A stretch of 64,000 nucleotides of DNA, taken from Nitrospinales bacterium. GTDB lineage: Bacteria > Nitrospinota > Nitrospinia > Nitrospinales > VA-1. The stretch covers positions 1,888,001 through 1,952,000 of the forward strand of contig CBDCXL010000002.1 of NCBI GenBank assembly GCA_965223795.1, read 5' to 3'. Shown here in pieces: positions 42,806 through 51,724 of the stretch (the first letter of the stretch is position 1; each line of letters begins with the position of its first letter). The translations under genes and the position numbers were made by a program. Under the pieces are notes generated by a model, which saw only the letters and a list, made by a program, of their open reading frames with translations, made no database searches and was not told the origin of the DNA.

Positions 42806-43313
42806 GATATTCGGGGCTTTCCTTTTTGAATTTTTGGAAATGGGTTTTTGTTGTGAAAGTTGGAAAAGCGGGAAGGGAAATCCTTTCCAACTGATTGGCC
42901 ACGATATTGTGTTGGATGTCGAAGGGCCATGTTTCTTAAAGCCCAGCGAAACCAAATTGCGGATAGAGTACCATTAAATGCCTGTTTCCACAAGGCATCG
43001 CATCAAATCATTATAAGGCAACGTGGAAAAAACTGAAAATGTTTATTTCATTAGACTTATTCAAAAAGGCGGGACGGGGCGAAAGGGTTTGACTAATTGC
43101 CTGTTGTTTTTGCACCTGCAAATAATGAACGGATTTTCTCTTTATAATCGTGTCTTTAGAAAATGAGCGGCGCGATGCTCCATTGCATTTTCCGGCTTGT
43201 GCCTGAAAAGGCGCTCATTTTTCGGCGGGTGCCAGCGGCGTGAAAAAGCCCGTTTGTTTCCGAACGGGCCAGCAAGGCCGGCTCTATGTATGCGTGCGAG
43301 GGCTGCGAGGGAT

Positions 43314-43931
43314 TCAGGGAAGTTTGGACACGATGGCGGAGAGGCTGCGCTCGCTCGGGGTTGAACGGGAAGCGGACCGACCTTCCGCTTCCATTTTTTT
43401 GTGCAGCGCGCCGAGCATGCTGGCCACGCGCAAGGTTCTACGGTGTCCAGAGCCCAATTCCGATTTGTAGATGTTGAAGGCATGCCGGTAGCGGACTTCC
43501 GCCTGGTCGAGTTTGCCCAGAGCTTCGTACAGCATGGCCAGATTGGACAGGAGGATGGCAACCATCGGATGGTTTTTACCGTAGGCTTTCACACCGATGT
43601 TGAGCGCGCGCAGGTAAAGGTGCTCGGCGTCCGCATGGTGGCCCAGTTTGCGGTTCAGTTCCGCAAGGTTGTTCATGACCTGAACCAGGCGGGGGTGCGT
43701 CGAACCCAGGGTTTCTTCAGCGAGCTTGAGGGTCCGGACCGCGATCGGCTTCGCCTGTTCGTAGCGGCCCTTTTTATAGAGAGCGATCACTTTGCGGTTG
43801 AGCAATTCGTAGGCTTCGGGAGCCTGTCTGCCTTCCTGAGCCGATACGGGCGCGGTTCCTGCCATTATAAAAACCAGAGCCAGCAGCGAAGCGATTGCAA
43901 AGCATGAACGGGATCGGTGCGTCGAAGTCAT
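43314..43931 (-). CDS. Secreted TPR protein (kinesin-light-chain-like TPRs)
   Basis: Signal peptide; LGSTHPRLVQVMNNLA and YGKNHPMVAILLSNLA repeats. Confidence 0.85.
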   Translation of the reverse strand: MTSTHRSRSCFAIASLLALVFIMAGTAPVSAQEGRQAPEAYELLNRKVIALYKKGRYEQAKPIAVRTLKLAEETLGSTHPRLVQVMNNLAELNRKLGHHADAEHLYLRALNIGVKAYGKNHPMVAILLSNLAMLYEALGKLDQAEVRYRHAFNIYKSELGSGHRRTLRVASMLGALHKKMEAEGRSASRSTPSERSLSAIVSKLP

Positions 43932-43958
43932 CTTTGTTCTCCTCCCTGGGTTCAACGG

Positions 43959-44150
43959 TCAATTGGAGTTTTGAAACAGACTTTCCAGTGCTTTCCTGCG
44001 TTCCCGGCGTTCCAGCAGGTACTTGTCGTTCAAAACACCCAACTTGTTTTTGAGCTTCTGGTTTTCCTGGTGCAGCTGAAGGGACGTTTCGATGAGCTGC
44101 ATGTTGGACTGCATCAAAGCCACCAGTTTTTCTTTGTAGAATTTTTCCAT
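43959..44150 (-). CDS. Small coiled-coil hypothetical protein
   Basis: 63 aa with heptad pattern; GGGAG RBS upstream. Confidence 0.6.
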   Translation of the reverse strand: MEKFYKEKLVALMQSNMQLIETSLQLHQENQKLKNKLGVLNDKYLLERRERRKALESLFQNSN

Positions 44151-44203
44151 TTTTTCAGGCTCCCTTTTGCGTCCGCTTTGCGGACAGCGCCGCCTTCAGG
44201 AAA

Positions 44204-44470
44204 TCAGCCGCAGTTGTATTCGGATCGATACCGTTCCCGGGTGTGGTCGCACAGGGAACGGTCGTTGTTGATCTGTCCGCATTGTGTGTCCACGCACACT
44301 TTCGAATCGGTCACGGTCGGATCGGGCACCGGTCCCGGTTTCATTCTGGCCGCGGGTTCGGGAAGGGGCGCCGCGCGTTTCTGGGAGCGGAGCTCCAGGA
44401 GCAGGGCTTGTACGGCTTCCGTGAGTTTGTCCACCGACTGGCAGAGTTTCCTGATCTCGCCTTTCACCAT
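44204..44470 (-). CDS. Small protein: N-terminal coiled coil and C-terminal Cys-rich segment
   Basis: CVDTQCG ... LCDH ... YNCG; AAGGA RBS. Confidence 0.6.
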   Translation of the reverse strand: MVKGEIRKLCQSVDKLTEAVQALLLELRSQKRAAPLPEPAARMKPGPVPDPTVTDSKVCVDTQCGQINNDRSLCDHTRERYRSEYNCG

Positions 44471-44555
44471 TGTGATCCTTGAGCCCAGCGTTCCATCCCG
44501 TTCGAACCCTTCGTGATTGCCATGTAATTGATTGTAAAGAGGGGGTTTTAAGAAC

Positions 44556-44588
44556 CGGTTAAGCTTGGGTCACAAAACTGTCAAGCCG
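44556..44588. promoter_or_regulatory. Three GT(C/T)A-type direct repeats phased at 11 bp (OmpR/PhoB-like operator)
   Basis: CGGTTAAGCTT-GGGTCACAAAA-CTGTCAAGCCG. Confidence 0.4.
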
Positions 44589-44835
44589 CAGGAAGGCGGT
44601 TGCGGGAAGGCGGAATCGCAGGCTGTGTGAGGCGCTCAGCGTGCCCAGAAAGGACCGCGCGCGCCCACAGAGGGTTCGGGCAGGATTTGCCCTTTTGGGC
44701 GATCAGGCGGTTCCGGGGTGGCATCCCGGATCAGGCGAACGCACGGTTTTTCAAAAGGGGATTGTCAAAACAGCGATGGGGTCAGCCAAACGGTCTGAAA
44801 AAGGGGAGGATTGGGTCACGCGACGAGGACCGGGG

Positions 44836-45489
44836 TCACTCGCTGGCGCCCAGGTCTCTCAGGAACATGACGAGATCGAGATTGTTGGCCTCATGCGCGA
44901 AGCTCATGGCGGAGGCCCCGGAGATCTGCTGGTTCACATCGGCGCCGTTTTTCACCAGCAGCACGATGATTTTCATGGCGCTCTCCAGGCGGTTCCACTG
45001 CGAGACGCCCTCCGCGTCGGCGCCCTTGCCGGACACCATCATGAGCGGCGTGTACTTGTCGTAGCACACTTTGTTGGGATCGGCTCCACGGCTCAACAGA
45101 AACTCCACCCAGTCCACGTCTTCTTCCACAGTTCCCGCCTGCTTTTTGCTGGAAAGGTAATTGGTGAGCAGCGTGCACAAAGGGGTCTTGCCGCCCACGT
45201 CCTTTTGATCCTCATGGCTCAGTTCCGGACCTTCGTGCGCGGCGTTGATGTCGGCGCCATTTTCCAGAAGGTAGTCGACCATTTTGCGGTTTTTCTGCAC
45301 GACAGCCTGATTGAGATAGCTGCCTCCGTTGATGTTGGCGCCTTCCAGAAGCAGTTTGTCCAACTGTTCGCGGTCGTCTTCGGTGACCGCCTGGAACATG
45401 ACCTTTTCAACGGTGAATCCAAATACCGGTGCGGCGAGGAGGCCGATCAGAGCCAGTCCTGCCAGGTATCGTGTGTTCGATTTGAGCAT
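44836..45489 (-). CDS. Secreted ankyrin-repeat protein
   Basis: LLENGADINA, KTPL, LLSRGADPN, YTPLM and LVKNGADVN; signal peptide (start 45489 or 45519). Confidence 0.88.
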   Translation of the reverse strand: MLKSNTRYLAGLALIGLLAAPVFGFTVEKVMFQAVTEDDREQLDKLLLEGANINGGSYLNQAVVQKNRKMVDYLLENGADINAAHEGPELSHEDQKDVGGKTPLCTLLTNYLSSKKQAGTVEEDVDWVEFLLSRGADPNKVCYDKYTPLMMVSGKGADAEGVSQWNRLESAMKIIVLLVKNGADVNQQISGASAMSFAHEANNLDLVMFLRDLGASE

Positions 45490-45877
45490 TGCGCTGTGAG
45501 ACGTCGGTTTCGGATCCATTGCGGGATCTCCCTTTCCTGACTTATGGATGGTTGCTTCGTGCTGTTTTGGGCCGCATGAGGGTTCAGTGGATTAAGAGCA
45601 ATTTGCTTGCCATTTGCGGATATTTCTCTAACTTGCCGAATTTAAACGATTTTTTTTGGGTTCCGGCGGGGGCGGAACCGGCGCGTTTCGTATACAAAAG
45701 TGCACACAAAACTCCTTGATTTGTCGCTCTTTATCCCCTGTGGGCCGGGTGGCCGCGGGTCTTCAAGGGGCCGCAGCGACCGCGATTCGCCGGGGCTCAG
45801 GAGTTTGCGAGGCGCTTGTTCCCGCTGGCCGGCTGTGAAACAATGGATCATCCAGAAAAATTCAAGGGGAGCGGGGC

Positions 45878-46522
45878 ATGCTGCGGTATCGGTTCTTGCG
45901 TTTTACGGCTTCCGTGTGTCTTGTGGCGGCGTTTGGGCTTATCCAGAACGGGAATCCGTCCGTGGCGTACGCGGACCTTAAGTCGGGAAAAGAAGCGCTC
46001 GCCCGGGGAGACTTTCCAAACGCATTCACGCAGCTCAGGCTGTCCGCCGAGGAGGGGCATCCGGAGGCGCAGACCTCTCTGGGAACGCTGTATTTTTCCG
46101 GCACCGGTGTGCAGCAAAATTACCGGGAAGCGCTCAAATGGTACGAACGGGTATCCAGCCAGAACGATCCCGACGCGCTCAAGAACATGGCGGAGATTTA
46201 CACGCACGGCCTGGGAGGGGTGCGCCCGGATATGAAAAAAGCGTTCGGGCTTTATCTCAACGCCGCCAATCTGGGGGATGCGGCGGCGCAGTTTTTCGTC
46301 GGCCATTTTTTTGCCAACGGACTGGGCACGCCGAAAAACAGCGTGCAGGCCCTCATGTGGTTCGATATTGTGACCGAAAAGCGCTCGGTGCCACTTGCGG
46401 AGTTTCAGTCGATGGCAGCGCAGGCGCAGCTGACCGCTACGAAACTGCGTGCGGAAATGACGCGCGAGGAAATCCAGAAATCGATTCTACTTAAGAATCA
46501 GTGGAAGCCGAAACCGCGTTGA
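45878..46522 (+). CDS. Secreted Sel1-like repeat protein
   Basis: GHPEAQTSLGTLYFSGTGVQQNYREALKWY and GDAAAQFFVG...GLGTPKN repeats. Confidence 0.9.
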   Translation: MLRYRFLRFTASVCLVAAFGLIQNGNPSVAYADLKSGKEALARGDFPNAFTQLRLSAEEGHPEAQTSLGTLYFSGTGVQQNYREALKWYERVSSQNDPDALKNMAEIYTHGLGGVRPDMKKAFGLYLNAANLGDAAAQFFVGHFFANGLGTPKNSVQALMWFDIVTEKRSVPLAEFQSMAAQAQLTATKLRAEMTREEIQKSILLKNQWKPKPR

Positions 46523-46607
46523 CCGCTTGCCCTGCACCGATGCAAAGGCTCGGGTTTTGGGTCCGCGTCCGGACGGGCCGGGGAGGGAGGTTGAGCGGTG
46601 CCCGGTA

Positions 46608-46790
46608 TCAGCTGAGGATCTGGGAATTGATCTCCTGATACTGCACTTCGTCTTCGAAACTTTCGATCTGCTGACGATCGCGGTCGGTGATCATGGAGCG
46701 GAGCCGGGTGATCGAGCGTATTTCCAGGTCGTGAGGCGTGATCACTTGTTTCAGATTTCCCATGCCGTCGAAAACTTTCACTTCGTACAT
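46608..46790 (-). CDS. Small hypothetical protein (MYEVKVFDGMGNLKQVI...)
   Basis: GGAGG RBS before ATG 46790; 60 aa. Confidence 0.65.
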   Translation of the reverse strand: MYEVKVFDGMGNLKQVITPHDLEIRSITRLRSMITDRDRQQIESFEDEVQYQEINSQILS

Positions 46791-47115
46791 GTGCGTCCTC
46801 CGTGTGGATGGAAGATTCGGCAACGTGTGTCGGCTGACCGCGTTGCCTTGAAGAAATTTAAATGCGGAAACCATCTACCAAAGGGGGTACCGGATGGAGG
46901 AGACATAATATTTGGTAGATGGAATCCGCAATGCGTGATCGATTTCAAAAAACCGGATGTGCGCTGCTGATGTTCTCAGGATGACAGAGCGATATTGAGT
47001 TTTCGTTTCGCCTTTGCAACACTTTCATCACAGTTATTGCCTGCCCCGTTTTGTTTTCTCGAACTCCAGGACACCGGCCGCGGACTGCCAGTGCCTGTCA
47101 ACCGCCTGCCGCCGC

Positions 47116-47559
47116 TCATTTCGTATCCCACGCGGATTCCTTCGATGAGGGCGTGAAATACTGGTAACCCTGATGCCGCGGCTGCCGTTTGTACTCTGGG
47201 CTGTTGCGGTTGAAATCCGAGCCGAACGATTCGGGCCGGTTGTCCGTGCGCGTCTTTTCGGTGTTTTGCCAGTCCCGCAAGGTGGACGGATTGCTGCTGG
47301 TTTTGCCGCGCCGCTGCGTGCGCAGGGGCTGCCGCTGGATGTGGTTGTTGGTGCGGCGGTACCGCTGGCGGTCCTGCACGCCGCCGCGCGATGCCAGCAG
47401 ACGGTCGGTGCGGACGTCGTCCCGCTGTGCGGCCGTGGATGCCGAAGCCGGACTTGCGTCCGTCGGCGGGACGGCGGAAAACGCCTGACCGGGGGCCGCT
47501 AGCAGCAACAGGGCGCTCCAGATGAGAATCCATTTTGTGCCGGATGCATGCAGTGACAT
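47116..47559 (-). CDS. Secreted low-complexity Arg/Gln-rich protein
   Basis: Signal peptide ending AFS; polar, probably disordered mature part. Confidence 0.6.
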   Translation of the reverse strand: MSLHASGTKWILIWSALLLLAAPGQAFSAVPPTDASPASASTAAQRDDVRTDRLLASRGGVQDRQRYRRTNNHIQRQPLRTQRRGKTSSNPSTLRDWQNTEKTRTDNRPESFGSDFNRNSPEYKRQPRHQGYQYFTPSSKESAWDTK

Positions 47560-47650
47560 GATAGGCGCCTTTCTTTAAGAATCGCGCGGTGCTTCCTGCG
47601 TTCTCGGTGACCTGCCTTGAAAATCAGTTTAGAAAAGCTGTATCCCGGGC

Positions 47651-47683
47651 GGGTCAACCTTGGGTCACGGTTTTGTCATAACG
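47651..47683. promoter_or_regulatory. Three GTCA direct repeats phased at 11 bp (OmpR/PhoB-like operator)
   Basis: GGGTCAACCTT-GGGTCACGGTT-TTGTCATAACG. Confidence 0.45.
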
Positions 47684-47807
47684 TCCGGTAAGCCCGCTTT
47701 GGGACTGGATTTCAAACTTTGTTGCAAAACCGTGACGCGTTCTTGAGACCGGCGTGATCTGGATCGGGAAGAATGCATTCATATTTAATTCCTGAGATGA
47801 GGGCGAC

Positions 47808-48065
47808 ATGGAATTTCTGGACAACTATCAGCTGATCGGGCTGCTCTGCTTTCTGGGCGGGGCGAAGATGTGGGCTTACTGCAGCGCCATGGAGCGGGAA
47901 GAGCATCTCAAGAAAACCCGTCTGGAACGGATTCTCATTTTCAAGCCCGATCTCGACGTGCTGGAGGCCAGCGCCCGCATGATCCGGCGGTCGTTCGTTT
48001 TGTCCCTGCTGGGGGCGGTGATGACGATCACCGGTGTGTTTTTGTTTATTTCCAACATGGGCTGA
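47808..48065 (+). CDS. Small two-TM membrane protein
   Basis: Two hydrophobic segments; GAGG RBS. Confidence 0.65.
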   Translation: MEFLDNYQLIGLLCFLGGAKMWAYCSAMEREEHLKKTRLERILIFKPDLDVLEASARMIRRSFVLSLLGAVMTITGVFLFISNMG

Positions 48066-48239
48066 GCGCGGCCGGACTCCACTGCTATCCTTCCTTCTGC
48101 TTTAAGCAAATCCGTTTTTATTGCCGATGTGTTCGCGGTTGACTTTTTTGCGGGATGATTAACAATACATCCGGTTCCATAGCGGAGCGCAGCGCGCCGC
48201 AAAAGGTTTGTCCGCACGCAGGTATGAACGGAGGGGGAA

Positions 48240-48455
48240 ATGAAAAAGACAGTTTGGGTGCTGTTGTTGGCCGGTCTTTGCGGCTGTGCGTTCGATGTCA
48301 GCGAGTGGGCGCCCGCCGATGAGGGGCTTGAGGATGCCGTGCGCTACTGCCGTACCGAGACGCTGCAGCGCGACCCGCTGCTCGGCCCGCTGTGGTACGG
48401 GAGCAAGGATTTCCGTCCCTGCATGGAGTCCAAGGGGTACTTCAAGCACGGATGA
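48240..48455 (+). CDS. Small lipoprotein
   Basis: MKK + hydrophobic core + LCGC lipobox; GGAGG RBS; C...CMESKGY. Confidence 0.7.
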   Translation: MKKTVWVLLLAGLCGCAFDVSEWAPADEGLEDAVRYCRTETLQRDPLLGPLWYGSKDFRPCMESKGYFKHG

Positions 48456-48774
48456 AAGGGGCGTTCAGTGCCGCCGGGCGAATGCCGCCTGGATTCTGCG
48501 GGCGCGGATCCGGTAATTCAACAGCAGCGACCGCCACAGCAGCCGCCATCCCAGTTTTTTCCAGTGCAGAAATTCGATCCAAAGGCTGCGCAGCCGGATG
48601 CGGGTGAGTTGTTTCGAAGGATCTGCCAGGGCCATGATTCCCTCCACTTATGATGGGTGTTTCCTTTTCCATTCCACTGCACGCGAACGCGGTGCCCGCT
48701 CCGGGAAACCCCGCCCACGCCATCCAGATTCGCAGGCATTTGTGACGTTTCTGTGTCCAGCCTGTCACAGTCGG

Positions 48775-48803
48775 TTCACAATCCTCCCAGGCTTTATTAA
48801 AAT
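48775..48803 (+). promoter_or_regulatory. Candidate sigma70 promoter of tryptophanase
   Basis: TTCACA (48775-48780), 17 nt, TAAAAT (48798-48803). Confidence 0.4.
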
Positions 48804-48949
48804 GCGGATTCTCAACAGAATGCGGCGGCAGGTTTCGGGAGGGTCCGGGAGAGTCCGGCTTTTTAGAGGTGCGTCCGGACGGAACGGAATGCGGGATTTC
48901 GGCGCAACGCCGCGCACGAGGCGAACACTCAACTCATTCGGGGGCGATC

Positions 48950-50329
48950 ATGCACACCATCATCGAGCCGTTCAGGATCAAATCAACCGAGTCGATTCCC
49001 ATCACCCAGCGGCGGCAGCGCGAACAGTGGCTCAAGGAGGCGCACAACAATGTGTTTCTGCTCGACGCCGAGCGCATCACCATCGATCTTTTGACCGACA
49101 GCGGCACCGGCGCCATGTCCACGCGGCAATGGGCGGCGCTGATGATGGGGGATGAAAGCTACGCCGGCAGCCGGTCCTGGCAGCGGTTCAAGGAAACCAT
49201 CGAGGACATCACCGGCTACAAGCACGTGTTTCCCATTCACCAGGGCCGCGCCGGCGAACGCATCCTGGCGCAGACCCGTCTCAAGCCGGGCGACGTGGTG
49301 CCCAACAACGGGCATTTCGACACGACGCGCGCCAATTTCGAATTCGTCGGCGCGAAGCCGGTGGATCTCATCATCGACGAAGGCAAGGACTCCGCCTTCG
49401 AGCACCCGTTCAAAGGCAATATGAACGTCGAGGCGCTGAAAGCGCTGATCGACGAACACGGGCCGGAAAAAATTCCGTTCGCGATGGTGACCATCACCAA
49501 CAATTCGTTCGGCGGCCACCCGGTTTCGCTGAAAAACATCCGCGCCGTCAAAAAAGTGCTGGAGCCCTACAAGATCCCGCTGATCCTGGACGCCTGCCGG
49601 TTCGCGGAAAACGCCTTTTTCATCTACGAACGGGAAGAGGGCAACGCGCAGCGCTCGCTGAAGGAAATCGCGCGGGAAGTGTTTTCCTACGCCGACGGGG
49701 CCAATATGAGCGCAAAAAAGGACGGGCTCGCCAATATCGGCGGTTTCTTCGCCGTCAACGACGACGGCTGGGCGGAAGCGTTCCGCAACATGCTGATCCT
49801 GTGCGAGGGGTTTCCCACCTACGGCGGGCTGGCGGGACGGGACCTGGAAGTGATCGCCGTGGGGCTGGAAGAAGCGCTGGAGATGCAGTACCAGATCTAC
49901 CGCCACGCCACGGTGAAGTACATGGGCGAGCGGCTCGACCAGATGGGCATCCCCTATGTGCGGCCGGTGGGCGGGCACGCGATCTTTCTCGACGCGAAAC
50001 TGTTTTTCCCGGATGGGAAGGCGCCGCGCTATCCGGGCATCGGCGTGGTCAACGAAATCTATCTGGAAGGGGGCGTGCGCGCGGTGGAGCTGGGTTCGGT
50101 GATGTTCGGCAAGGCCGATCCCGAAACCGGGAAAGAGTCGCCCGCGCCCTTCGAGCTGGTGCGCCTCACGTTTCCGCGGCGGGTCTACACCCAGAGCCAT
50201 TTCGATTACGTGCTGGAGGTTCTCAAATCGGTCTGGGACCGGCGCGACCGCATCCCCGCGCACCGCATCGTCAAGCAGCCGCCGTTTCTACGACATTTTT
50301 CCGCGCATTTCTCGCGCGACGGGGAATGA
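48950..50329 (+). CDS. tnaA: Tryptophanase (beta-eliminating lyase, PLP)
   Basis: EPFRIK, IDLLTDSGT, HQGRAGE, MSAKKD and RRVYT; tryptophanase-type FDTT, VELGS and LRHF rather than TPL-type FTTT, MERG and LRFF. Confidence 0.8.
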   Translation: MHTIIEPFRIKSTESIPITQRRQREQWLKEAHNNVFLLDAERITIDLLTDSGTGAMSTRQWAALMMGDESYAGSRSWQRFKETIEDITGYKHVFPIHQGRAGERILAQTRLKPGDVVPNNGHFDTTRANFEFVGAKPVDLIIDEGKDSAFEHPFKGNMNVEALKALIDEHGPEKIPFAMVTITNNSFGGHPVSLKNIRAVKKVLEPYKIPLILDACRFAENAFFIYEREEGNAQRSLKEIAREVFSYADGANMSAKKDGLANIGGFFAVNDDGWAEAFRNMLILCEGFPTYGGLAGRDLEVIAVGLEEALEMQYQIYRHATVKYMGERLDQMGIPYVRPVGGHAIFLDAKLFFPDGKAPRYPGIGVVNEIYLEGGVRAVELGSVMFGKADPETGKESPAPFELVRLTFPRRVYTQSHFDYVLEVLKSVWDRRDRIPAHRIVKQPPFLRHFSAHFSRDGE

Positions 50330-50418
50330 CTGCGGTGGAATTGTAACTTATTGAAAATAATGTTATTATTTTATGCCTGCTGGGCCTGGGAAATGATTGC
50401 GCTTGCAAGGAGTGAACG

Positions 50419-50973
50419 GTGTCGTTGGAAAAACGGAAAATGCCGCGGATGAAAGTGGGGCTGCCGGCCTCGCTGGTGCAGGGCGAAAGCCGCGAATCGG
50501 TGGACGTGCTCGACCTCAACATCCACGGCATGGCGTTTCAGTCGGAGAAATTTTTCACGCGCGGGACGCGGCTGGAATTTGTGCTGCCGTTTAAAAAAAC
50601 GCAGGGAAAAAAGAAATTTCCTGGAGAAGTGATTCAGTGCCGGGTGAATGAAGAGACGCTGGATGGGAGCTACCGGGTGGGCGTGAAATTTCTTTTCGGT
50701 TCCAAACGCTTCTTCACGCAAAACAGCGCAAAGCCTTCTGTCGCGGCAAACCCGCCCGCCGAGCCGATCATGGCTGCAATGCCCGTACTCAAAGACGCTG
50801 CCGCGGCTCAAACCAGCCCGGATGCGATGCCGCCGCGTGTCCGCACGGACCAAACGCCGAGCCCTGCATTGAATGGCAATGCAGCCATAACGAATGGCGC
50901 GCAAAAAACCGAACGGGTGTTCGGCCTCACCTTCATCCGCAAGTCGCGGTTTTATTTTCTCTCTTCGGATTGA
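50419..50973 (+). CDS. PilZ-domain protein
   Basis: EKRKMPR (RxxxR) and DLNIHG (DxSxxG-like); Pro/Ala-rich tail. Confidence 0.75.
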   Translation: MSLEKRKMPRMKVGLPASLVQGESRESVDVLDLNIHGMAFQSEKFFTRGTRLEFVLPFKKTQGKKKFPGEVIQCRVNEETLDGSYRVGVKFLFGSKRFFTQNSAKPSVAANPPAEPIMAAMPVLKDAAAAQTSPDAMPPRVRTDQTPSPALNGNAAITNGAQKTERVFGLTFIRKSRFYFLSSD

Positions 50974-51028
50974 TCCGCAATCCCGCCCCTTCCCCTCCTG
51001 AACAAGGGTTCGGAATCGTTTTAAAGCC

Positions 51029-51439
51029 TCACTGCAACTGCGTGCCGGAATCCTCCATCACGCCGGTGTCGCCGCTCATCGTGCCCGCTTCAAGATCCGG
51101 GGGCGTGTCGGACTGCAGATTGCAATCCCAGCCCCAGACGGAAAGCTGATCGACGAAGGTCGCGGTTTTGTCTTCACAGTAGCCCGCCTGGTTGTCCGCG
51201 CGCCAGAGCACCTGTTCCATGCCGGGCTCTTCGGTGTCCTTGTAGTAGCGCACTTCGCAGGGCACGGTATCGTCCAGCTCAAAATAATGCACTTCCACGC
51301 GTCTTTCGCTGTCGCCGTTCATGCACATGAACCGGTCTCCCCGGCGCAGCGAGTCCTGAGCCTGGGCCTGCGCGAACACAGCCAGGACCATCCCTAAAAC
51401 CAGAGTGCAAACGGCGAGCCCTTTTTGGGTAGCGGCCAT
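51029..51439 (-). CDS. Secreted four-Cys hypothetical protein
   Basis: Signal peptide; C...PCEVRYYK...LWRA...GYCE...WGWDC; AGGAGG RBS. Confidence 0.75.
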   Translation of the reverse strand: MAATQKGLAVCTLVLGMVLAVFAQAQAQDSLRRGDRFMCMNGDSERRVEVHYFELDDTVPCEVRYYKDTEEPGMEQVLWRADNQAGYCEDKTATFVDQLSVWGWDCNLQSDTPPDLEAGTMSGDTGVMEDSGTQLQ

Positions 51440-51724
51440 CGGCCTTCCTCCTTTTATCGGTTGGACAAGAAATGCGTTGGGCGAAGGAATTCGCGGCGAG
51501 GCCGGACGCTCCGCCGAAGCCTCAACTTCGCCCGATCGGGTGGGTACGGGTTCTCACCCGGTTCGATATTTCCCCTTGAATCCAGTGTTTTCTATTTTTC
51601 CAAGAAAAATCAACGGTATTTCTCGGTCCTCACCGGCGGGACGGACTTAACCTGCAGAATTTCATGCTTTTGTGAACGGATAAAAATCCGGATCGCGGCA
51701 TGAAACGGGGCGGTAACCCGAAGG

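Noticed and set aside
41477..42955. BioF or Kbl annotation for the AOS enzyme
   Set aside because: GTFSKS and GSRFLNGT motifs plus lipid-pathway neighbours favour SPT; no bio or tdh genes nearby
48442..48768. Several short overlapping ORFs between the lipoprotein and tryptophanase
   Set aside because: They conflict with each other, with no recognisable motif or convincing start; I could not choose one
48950..50329. Tyrosine phenol-lyase
   Set aside because: It has FDTT, VELG and LRHF instead of the TPL-type Thr, Arg and Phe residues
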